The notes below the pieces were generated by a model. The model did no database searches. It was not told the origin of the DNA and saw only the letters and a program-made list of their open reading frames with translations. Of a DNA stretch of 64,000 nt, positions 7,912 to 15,425 are shown piece by piece. A program made the position numbers and the translations under genes. Each line of letters opens with the position of its first letter. Position 1 is the stretch's first letter. The DNA lies in NCBI GenBank assembly GCA_012839895.1, contig DUML01000082.1, positions 11,255 to 75,254 on the forward strand, read 5' to 3'. The stretch comes from Peptococcaceae bacterium. GTDB taxonomy: Bacteria > Bacillota > Desulfitobacteriia > Desulfitobacteriales > Syntrophobotulaceae.

Positions 7912-10182
7912 TCAACTTTCATTGGAAGGTAGAAGTTCCGGATACTCTACCCGTAAAACCCGCAAAGCGTTAAGGACAGCGATCAAAGCCACTCCTACAT
8001 CGGCAAAAACTGCTTCCCACATAGTGGCTGCTCCCAATGCTCCGAGGAACAATACTCCGGTTTTAACCCCCAAGGCCAAAATTATATTTTGCCAGACAAT
8101 AGATCTTGTTTTTTTGGCTATCCGCACAGCGCCAACAATCTTGGAAGGCTCATCAGTCATCAGAACAATATCGGCTGCTTCAATAGCAGCATCTGAACCC
8201 AGTCCGCCCATCGCAATGCCAATATCTGCTCTGGCCAGCACCGGCGCATCATTAATACCGTCTCCAATATAGGCAACCTTGGAACCAGCCTTTTGCCGCT
8301 TCTCAATTTCTTCCAGGACAACTACTTTTTGATCTGGAAGCAATTCCGCATAAACTTGGTCAAACCCTAACTCCTGCCCTATTCTCTCTCCGGTCTGCTT
8401 ATGATCACCGGTAAGCATGATAATTTGCTTAATTCCAATTTTTCTTAACCCTTGAAGAGCCTGCGGGGTATCGGAACGTACCCTGTCAGCAATAGCAAGA
8501 TATCCGGCATACTCTCCTTCTACCGCAACATGAACAATAGTACCGTTTTCCTGTACTTTTTTCAAGGAGATATTTTCACCCTGTAAATAGCTGCTGGAGC
8601 CAACTAGAATTGTCTTGCCTTGAAGAACAACTCTTACCCCTCGGCCGGGTATCTCTTGATACTCGCTTATTTTACTCTTATCCGGTTCCCGACCGTAAGC
8701 CTTTAAAATGGAAACTGCGATAGGATGGCTGGAATAGCTTTCAGCCAAAGCCGCTGTTTCCAGTAATTCTTCCCTGCTCATTTTTCCGTGGGGGGAAATG
8801 CTGGTTACTTCAAAGACCCCTTCAGTTAAAGTTCCGGTCTTGTCAAAAACCATAGTACGGACACTATTTAAGGCTTCCAGATAATTGCTTCCTTTAATGA
8901 GAATTCCTTGGCGGGACGCTCCCCCAATCCCCCCAAAGAAACTTAAGGGGATGGAAATAACTAAAGCACATGGGCAGGATACCACCAAGAAAACCAGGGC
9001 ACGGCGCAACCATTCGTTAAAAGTAGCTTCTGCGATTAATAAGGGCGGGATCACTGCCAGAAGTGTTGCTGCCAGCACTACGGCTGGGGTATAAACCCTG
9101 GCAAACTTAGTAATAAAGTTTTCCGTAGGAGCTTTCTGGGAACTGGCATTTTCCACCAAGTCCAAAATTTTGGCCACTGTTGATTGCTCATAGCATTTAG
9201 ATACCTCTACCTTGAGTACGCCGGTATGATTAATGAATCCTGCCAGAATAGTACTGCCAGCCGCCACTGACCGGGGAACAAACTCACCGGTAAGATTGGA
9301 GGTATCCATAACTGAACTTCCCTCCAACACTATACCGTCAAGGGGAACTTTTTCCCCGGGTTTAATTATTATTATTTGGCCGACAGCGACTTCCTCCGGA
9401 GAAACCCGCCTTTCCCGCTCTCCCTCCAGCAAATTTGCATAATCTGGCCGGATATTCATTAATTCCTTTATGGATTGCCGGGAATGGTTAACTGCTTTAT
9501 TCTGAAAGTATTCCCCAATCTGGTAAAACAGCATAACCGCAACCGCTTCCGGCCATTCTCCGATAGCTAAAGCTCCAATGGTGGCAATAAACATCAAAAA
9601 ATTTTCATCGAAGACCTGACCGCGAACAATATTTCTTAAAGCCTTAAAAATAACTTCACCGCCAATTAGGACATAACTTGCTAGATAAAAAACCAATTCA
9701 GCCCAAAAAGACAGGTTAAAAATTAATACAAACAAAAAAATTCCTACACCTACAATTAAAGCAGCTCTTGGCGTTGCTTTTAGTCCGACTTTAAGCTTAA
9801 ACAATTTACTTTCTTCCTGTATGGGCATCCGGTCACTTTCTCTTTCGTGTTTTTTATCTGGAACAATTTCCAGATTAACAGCCGGCTTGAAGGGGTTATT
9901 TTCTGCTTCTTCTACTTTTATTCCAGGTTCTATGTTTGTAACTACAGTAACTACCCTTTTTATAATCTCTTCCAGTCTATCCGGTTCTTCAATTTCCACC
10001 GTCATTTTGCCGGTGACAAACTCAAGCTTAGCCCCGGCTATCCCATCTAAACCCTGAAGCTCTCTTTCAATCTTGGCAGCACAATGAGCACAATCAAGCC
10101 CCTGAAGAAAATAGATTTTCCGGATAGTATAACCTTGGGTAACTTCTTTTCTCCTTGCCTCCATACCTTTTCTCCTTGTCAT
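7912..10182 (-). CDS. cadA: Heavy-metal translocating P1B-2-type ATPase (Cd2+/Zn2+/Pb2+ class)
   Basis: N-terminal HMA domain (GLDCAHCAAKIE). TM6 has CPCALVISIP (CPCx4SxP). DKTGTLT, GDGINDAP, NIILALGVK (N-x7-K) and FADVG (DxG) are present. The likely true start is ATG 10164 (MEARRK), 7 nt after AAGGAG. Confidence 0.9.
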   Translation of the reverse strand: MTRRKGMEARRKEVTQGYTIRKIYFLQGLDCAHCAAKIERELQGLDGIAGAKLEFVTGKMTVEIEEPDRLEEIIKRVVTVVTNIEPGIKVEEAENNPFKPAVNLEIVPDKKHERESDRMPIQEESKLFKLKVGLKATPRAALIVGVGIFLFVLIFNLSFWAELVFYLASYVLIGGEVIFKALRNIVRGQVFDENFLMFIATIGALAIGEWPEAVAVMLFYQIGEYFQNKAVNHSRQSIKELMNIRPDYANLLEGERERRVSPEEVAVGQIIIIKPGEKVPLDGIVLEGSSVMDTSNLTGEFVPRSVAAGSTILAGFINHTGVLKVEVSKCYEQSTVAKILDLVENASSQKAPTENFITKFARVYTPAVVLAATLLAVIPPLLIAEATFNEWLRRALVFLVVSCPCALVISIPLSFFGGIGGASRQGILIKGSNYLEALNSVRTMVFDKTGTLTEGVFEVTSISPHGKMSREELLETAALAESYSSHPIAVSILKAYGREPDKSKISEYQEIPGRGVRVVLQGKTILVGSSSYLQGENISLKKVQENGTIVHVAVEGEYAGYLAIADRVRSDTPQALQGLRKIGIKQIIMLTGDHKQTGERIGQELGFDQVYAELLPDQKVVVLEEIEKRQKAGSKVAYIGDGINDAPVLARADIGIAMGGLGSDAAIEAADIVLMTDEPSKIVGAVRIAKKTRSIVWQNIILALGVKTGVLFLGALGAATMWEAVFADVGVALIAVLNALRVLRVEYPELLPSNES

Positions 10183-10197
10183 GCGTTTTTCTTTTTC

Positions 10198-10548
10198 TTA
10201 TTCCAAGACGTGGGTCAGCGCCTGCTTAAAAATTAATTTAACATGCTCATCAGCCAAGGAATAAAACACTACTTTACCTTCTTTCCTATTTTTGACGAGG
10301 CGAGATTGCTTTAAGAGCCTTAGCTGGTGGGAAATAGCCGATTGGGTCATATTTAACAGAAAAGCCAAGTCACAGACACACATTTCAGATTCCGACAGAG
10401 CCCAAAGGATTTTTATTCTGGTAGTATCGCCAAAAACCTTAAACAGCTCAGCAAGACCAGTTAAAGTATCCTCAGCAGGCATAAATTCTTTAACTTTATT
10501 TACGATCTCCTCATGAATAACAGTACAGTCGCATTTGATTTTCTCCAA
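10198..10548 (-). CDS. cadC: ArsR/SmtB-family metalloregulator, CadC-like
   Basis: Winged-HTH ArsR fold with the CVCDL alpha3 motif plus N-terminal Cys pair (KCDC). It sits immediately upstream of cadA with a 15-nt gap. TTG start. Confidence 0.88.
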   Translation of the reverse strand: MEKIKCDCTVIHEEIVNKVKEFMPAEDTLTGLAELFKVFGDTTRIKILWALSESEMCVCDLAFLLNMTQSAISHQLRLLKQSRLVKNRKEGKVVFYSLADEHVKLIFKQALTHVLE

Positions 10549-10594
10549 TTCACCCTTTCCCCCCTCAAAAAACCTTAGTCATAATAAAGCATAC

Positions 10595-10625
10595 TTGAAT
10601 AGTTGAATAGTTGAATACCTATTCA
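10595..10625. promoter_or_regulatory. Candidate CadC operator: 6-2-6 inverted repeat preceded by tandem half-site copies
   Basis: tgaataCCtattca (10612-10625) resembles the TGAAyA-N2-TATTCA core of ArsR/SmtB 12-2-12 operators. ttgaatag occurs twice in tandem (10595-10610) directly abutting ttgaatac. The site is about 50-75 nt upstream of the cadC start. Confidence 0.5.
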
Positions 10626-10790
10626 TATATTAACCTGCTTTTCACTATCATGTCAATGAATTTATAGGTTCAAAGTCTTTAAAAAATCCAGCTTAATTTT
10701 TCGGGTTTCTCTAATAATTTCAGGTCTACGACCATAGATTTTAATTATAGATCTTTTCTAAGTAACTCTCCCGGGAGGATGGTAACGAAA

Positions 10791-11741
10791 ATGAGACTTA
10801 GAAAAGTATTGGGGCTAATGGCAATAATTATTATCATTGGCTGTGTATTTGTAATTAATAAATATATATACAAAAAAAATCAACTTGCTTTTAAGATCGA
10901 AGACCCCCTCTATGAAGCCGTGATGAAAAGAGATATTTTATCCTTAATGATCTCTTACCCCGAATATATTAAAGACGTTACTCGGGAAGAAAATAACAAA
11001 GTCTATGTAATCCTAAACTCCGGTAAAAAGATCCTTTATGATGATAAAAAGATAAAAAACCGCTGGCAAAAAGCAGGAAACCCTGATATTCAGGATATGA
11101 TGGAACAAATCTATCCCCTTAACGATATTACAGAAATATTGCCAGACAATTATAATCCGGGCTGTGTTCGTATTTACCCTCTCTTAAAAGAAGTGTACGG
11201 AGCAAACAAAAGCCAGGTTCAAGCCAACCTGGTTAAAGTTAGTATAGGTTATAGATTTGTGGAATTTAATAAACAAAATAATGCCGCTGTTGCCCTGCAA
11301 TCCGTAATGAAAGAGCTTTTGCCCCTTGCCCGCCAAAATCATAAAGTATATGCCGCAGCTTTTCCTTGTAATGGCACCTACAATTACCGCTTGATCGGCG
11401 GTACTAACAGGCTCAGTTCTCATGCCTTCGGTATAGCCATTGATCTCAACAGCAATAAATATGATTACTGGCGCTGGGCTACCCGGGAAGAAGGCCAAAA
11501 GCGATTAAACTCCTACCCTCGGGAAGTAGTGCGCGCTTTCGAAAAATTCGGCTTTGTCTGGGGCGGCAAATGGGGAAACTTTGATATCATGCATTACGAA
11601 TATCGTCCTGAACTGATCTTTAAAGCCCGTTACTTCTCTGAAAAACCAACCCTTGGCCTACCGTGGTATGACGGCCTTCAAAATAATGAAAAGGCTATGA
11701 AATATGTTTGGCTGATTGAAGAACGGTTAGCTTCAGGCTAA
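10791..11741 (+). CDS. M15-family (VanY-like) D-Ala-D-Ala carboxypeptidase/peptidoglycan peptidase with N-terminal membrane anchor
   Basis: SSHAFGIAIDLN (SxHxxGxAxD) and FDIMHYEY Zn-ligand motifs, plus one N-terminal TM helix. ATG 10791 is preferred because ATG 10779 directly abuts the GGGAGGA SD. Confidence 0.8.
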   Translation: MRLRKVLGLMAIIIIIGCVFVINKYIYKKNQLAFKIEDPLYEAVMKRDILSLMISYPEYIKDVTREENNKVYVILNSGKKILYDDKKIKNRWQKAGNPDIQDMMEQIYPLNDITEILPDNYNPGCVRIYPLLKEVYGANKSQVQANLVKVSIGYRFVEFNKQNNAAVALQSVMKELLPLARQNHKVYAAAFPCNGTYNYRLIGGTNRLSSHAFGIAIDLNSNKYDYWRWATREEGQKRLNSYPREVVRAFEKFGFVWGGKWGNFDIMHYEYRPELIFKARYFSEKPTLGLPWYDGLQNNEKAMKYVWLIEERLASG

Positions 11742-11758
11742 CCGTTCTTCAATCAGCC
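11710..11758. terminator. 20-bp perfect hairpin spanning the M15 peptidase stop codon, between convergent genes
   Basis: ggctgattgaagaacggtta (11710-11729) / taaccgttcttcaatcagcc (11739-11758) with a 9-nt loop. Neither side has a clear U-tract. Confidence 0.45.
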
Positions 11759-11846
11759 AAATTATATTATATTCTTGGTATTTAAGTTCTTACGAAACTG
11801 ACTTTAAAGTTGGGAATTTATAGTTAGTTAAAATTTTTTAAAATTT

Positions 11847-13091
11847 TTAAGAATTATTTTGATGAAGTACACTTCTCTTAAAAGTAAAAGCTATGGCCAA
11901 AGCTATCACTAGTAAAACACTGGCCACAATATAGGCATTATTATAACTACTTGTAGCGTCAAAAATACTGGCCGCAGTCATAGGGCCGATAATCCCGCCT
12001 GCTCCCCACGCTGTAAACATTAAGCCGTAATTGGCCCCATAGTTTTTCATGCCGTATAAATCAGCTACAGTGGCTGAAAATACAGGAAATGCGGCTCCGA
12101 AGCAAATTCCGGCAATGCCAACACCGACAATAAGCAAAAGAACAGAATGATAAACGCAAAACAGCAAAATATTCACCGCTTGGACGGCAAAAATTATCCG
12201 CATAACATTAAAACGACCAATTTTATCGGATATTATTCCCCCGCTCAGCCTGCCGACACAGTTAAATAAGGCTAAGAAAATTACCAGTAAGTATCCGCCT
12301 TCCCAGCCGACTTGAAATTTGGCAATATTAGCGGCGTGACCGAAAATCATTAAACCTGTAGTGGAAGAGAAAGCAAACATCAACCAAAGTTTATAAAAAC
12401 CTAAAGACTTTAACAAATCCCGCCAATTTAAATCTATATCTTGTGTTTTAATGGGATTATTTGGGGTGTTGCCGTTTTCCATCTGTTGTCTTAGGGAGTC
12501 AGGTCTATAGTTTGCGGGAGGATTATTCAGGAATTGAGCCAGAATAACCATTATTACTCCAACTCCAATTCCAATAATTAAAAAAGTTTTCGATATCCCA
12601 AAGCGGTTAAGTAAATAATTAGTCAATGGAGAGAAAAATACGGATGATACCGCGACTGCGCCCAGGACAACACCTGAAATTAAACCTTTCTTTTGGGGAG
12701 AAAACCATTTAACAGACGGAGGTATGGTAACAACTCCGGAAATTCCAATACCAGCTCCGGTAATAATTCCAAAAGTAATAATCATTACTAAAGGATCTTG
12801 AGTTAAACTTGATAAAATTAGGCCACTACCCATTAACGAACCGGATATTGTCGCACATAATCTCGGTCCTTTAATATCTTGCAGCCTACCAAACAGCACC
12901 ATAGAAAAAACAAAGGTAACCGTTGCCACGGTATACGGTAAAGAGGCCTGTGAGGCTGTCCAGTGAAATTCGGTCATCATTGCTTTGCTGATAATACTCC
13001 AGATGTAAAGCAATCCTGCCAAAAAATTAAACAAGGTAGCAGCAACTAAAACCACCCAAGCTTTGTTGCGAATGTTTCCCATCTTTTTCAT
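11847..13091 (-). CDS. MFS transporter, oxalate/formate antiporter (OFA)-like
   Basis: About 12 predicted TM helices and an N-terminus (WVVLVAATLFNFLAGLLYIWSI) typical of OFA-family MFS proteins. Substrate cannot be read from the sequence. Confidence 0.75.
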   Translation of the reverse strand: MKKMGNIRNKAWVVLVAATLFNFLAGLLYIWSIISKAMMTEFHWTASQASLPYTVATVTFVFSMVLFGRLQDIKGPRLCATISGSLMGSGLILSSLTQDPLVMIITFGIITGAGIGISGVVTIPPSVKWFSPQKKGLISGVVLGAVAVSSVFFSPLTNYLLNRFGISKTFLIIGIGVGVIMVILAQFLNNPPANYRPDSLRQQMENGNTPNNPIKTQDIDLNWRDLLKSLGFYKLWLMFAFSSTTGLMIFGHAANIAKFQVGWEGGYLLVIFLALFNCVGRLSGGIISDKIGRFNVMRIIFAVQAVNILLFCVYHSVLLLIVGVGIAGICFGAAFPVFSATVADLYGMKNYGANYGLMFTAWGAGGIIGPMTAASIFDATSSYNNAYIVASVLLVIALAIAFTFKRSVLHQNNS

Positions 13092-13243
13092 TTCTCCTTG
13101 TCTTTATTATTATTAACTCTTTTAAAAAATTAATTATTGCAATTGTTGCTTTTGTAAATAGCCTTTTTCTCATTCATTATCACTTATTTTGCTAGCAACT
13201 TAGAATTATGACGAATTATAATCCTTTGCTTTCAATGTAATCA

Positions 13244-14818
13244 TCAACCAAAATTTGCCTGCCTGTCTAAAGCTCTGTATTGTAGCGACTCAGCAAGATG
13301 CTCTACCTTTATTACCTCAGAACCTGCCATATCGGCAATTGTTCTCGCTACCCTCAAGATCCGGTCATAGGCTCTGGCACTATAGAGATTCTTATCGAAA
13401 ACTTGTTTTAACAAAGATTCGCCGGCACTGTCTAAGATACAAACCTCTTTGGTCTCCCGCCCGGTCATTTCAGCGTTGGTTTTACTGCTTTTAAACCTCC
13501 GCCATTGTTTTTGCCTATTTGCAACAACCCTTTCTCTGACTTGCTCTGAATTTTCTACCTTTCTCTCTTCCTTCAGCTCAGCATAACTGAGCCTTGGCAC
13601 TTCTATCTGGAGGTCAAACCGATCTAAAAGAGGACCGGATATTTTGCTCCGGTAATTGTTAATTTGCAGGGGCGTACAAGTGCACACTCTCCCGAGATCG
13701 CCAAAGTATCCGCAGTGGCATGGATTCATCGCGGCAATGACACTTACCCTTGTCGGGTATTCCATACTTCCTCTCAGCCTGGTTATTGTTATTTTCCTAT
13801 CCTCTAAAGGTTGACGGAGCGCTTCCAAAACCTCCCGGGAAAACTCCGGCAATTCATCCAAAAAAAGAACACCATGGTTAGCTAAGACTAACTCCCCCGG
13901 GCGCAGCTTTTGACCTCCGCCAATCATACTGGTCACTGTAGCAGTATGATGAGGACTACGGAATGGTCTTTGAGTCACCAGTCGCCCCTGGGTTTGAAGA
14001 AGACCTGCAGAACTGTACAGCTGGGTTACTTCCAAACTTTCTTCAGTTGTTAAGGGGGGCAAAATCCCGGCAAAAGCCCTGGCCAGTAAAGTCTTACCCG
14101 AACCGGGTGGGCCCACCATAAGCAAATTATGGCCCCCGGTAGCAGCGATTTCCAAGGCTCGTTTAGCCTGAGTTTGGCCACGAATATCTGCCCAATCCAC
14201 AATGGGCTTATCATATTCGGAAGATAAATCAGACACTGGTACTACATTAAACTGTTGTTCACCCCGTAATATTTTAACCAGTTCAATAAGCGTAACCGTG
14301 CTCTCACTGTGCAACTCGGGTACCAACCTGGCTTCGGCAAGATTGCCCGGAGGAATAACGAAAACAATATTCTCATTGATAAACAAGTCTTGCCTGGTAT
14401 TAACTTGCTCGGATAATTCCGTTTTGAGCTGGCGCAAGCTAACTGCCATGGTTAGGATACCAGGTATTGGCCTTAAAATCCCTTCCAAAGAAAGTTCACC
14501 GGCAAAAACATAAGAGGCAGCAAAGGCCGGGTCGATTTCCCCCATAGCAGCTAAAATTCCGACGGCAATAGGCAAATCAAGACTCGAGCCTTCCTTCCGC
14601 AAGTCAGCCGGGGCTAAATTAACCGTAATCCTCTGCAAAGGAAACTGAAAGCCTGAGTTTTTGAGAGCCGACCTTACCCGGTCTTTAGCCTCCTTAACAG
14701 CTACAGCAGGCAGCCCCACAATATCAAAGGCGGGAAGTCCGCTGCAAATATCAACCTCAACCCTAACCAAGTGGGCCGATAATCCTTCTACCGACATCCC
14801 GCACACCGAAGCAAACAT
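13244..14818 (-). CDS. comM: YifB/ComM-family Mg-chelatase-like AAA+ ATPase
   Basis: Lon-protease-like N-domain (VEVDICSGLPAFDIVGLP), Walker A GPPGSGKT, and a C-terminal Mg-chelatase subunit ChlI-like region. Confidence 0.9.
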   Translation of the reverse strand: MFASVCGMSVEGLSAHLVRVEVDICSGLPAFDIVGLPAVAVKEAKDRVRSALKNSGFQFPLQRITVNLAPADLRKEGSSLDLPIAVGILAAMGEIDPAFAASYVFAGELSLEGILRPIPGILTMAVSLRQLKTELSEQVNTRQDLFINENIVFVIPPGNLAEARLVPELHSESTVTLIELVKILRGEQQFNVVPVSDLSSEYDKPIVDWADIRGQTQAKRALEIAATGGHNLLMVGPPGSGKTLLARAFAGILPPLTTEESLEVTQLYSSAGLLQTQGRLVTQRPFRSPHHTATVTSMIGGGQKLRPGELVLANHGVLFLDELPEFSREVLEALRQPLEDRKITITRLRGSMEYPTRVSVIAAMNPCHCGYFGDLGRVCTCTPLQINNYRSKISGPLLDRFDLQIEVPRLSYAELKEERKVENSEQVRERVVANRQKQWRRFKSSKTNAEMTGRETKEVCILDSAGESLLKQVFDKNLYSARAYDRILRVARTIADMAGSEVIKVEHLAESLQYRALDRQANFG

Positions 14819-14936
14819 TCTCTCACCTCAGGTAAATAATTCTACCTTTTAGACAAAAACTCCTTTTAATCCAAATAATTATTACAAGAATTATCACAAA
14901 GAATCTTCAGAAAACATATTTCTCTCTCAATACCCA

Positions 14937-15326
14937 TCAGAAGATATTTTTTATCCAATTAATCACCGGCTGCCGGGAAATAACATTAATGGCTACGACG
15001 TCAAACCTGAGTGGCGGCCATTCTTTGAATCCCCTTTCCAGAAGATAATAAGCCGCGAGGGTCTTTAATTTTTGAGCTTTTTTACCGCTAATACTTTCTT
15101 CAGCCGTTCCTCTCTTCGCCGAAGTCCTTGTTCTTACTTCCACAAAAACAAGGTATTCGCCGTCTCTGGCCACAATATCCAACTCGCCTTTCGGACAGCG
15201 GTAGTTTTGCTGGATGATCCGCAGACCGGCTTCCTGCAAATAAGCCACTGCAAGGCTTTCCCCCATCTGGCCTAATTCTTTTTTCTTTAAACTATGAACT
15301 GGGCGCTTATTTAGCGTAAAATCCAT
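14937..15326 (-). CDS. yraN: YraN-family (UPF0102) putative endonuclease
   Basis: GESLAVAYL...GELDIVARDGEYLVFVEVRTR matches the UPF0102 restriction-endonuclease-like core. Confidence 0.85.
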   Translation of the reverse strand: MDFTLNKRPVHSLKKKELGQMGESLAVAYLQEAGLRIIQQNYRCPKGELDIVARDGEYLVFVEVRTRTSAKRGTAEESISGKKAQKLKTLAAYYLLERGFKEWPPLRFDVVAINVISRQPVINWIKNIF

Positions 15327-15425
15327 TTAACGTTTACCTTTTCCATACTATTAATATCATTGAATATCTAATGTCATATTATTATTTATTATAATTTATT
15401 ATATAGGAGATTGGTATTTCTCCGC

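Noticed and set aside
4415-13243. Treating the ku-cooS-cadAC-M15-MFS stretch as a genomic island or mobile element
   Set aside because: The content is accessory-like. However, I see no integrase, transposase, tRNA attachment site, flanking direct repeats or clear compositional break. No mobile element is claimed.
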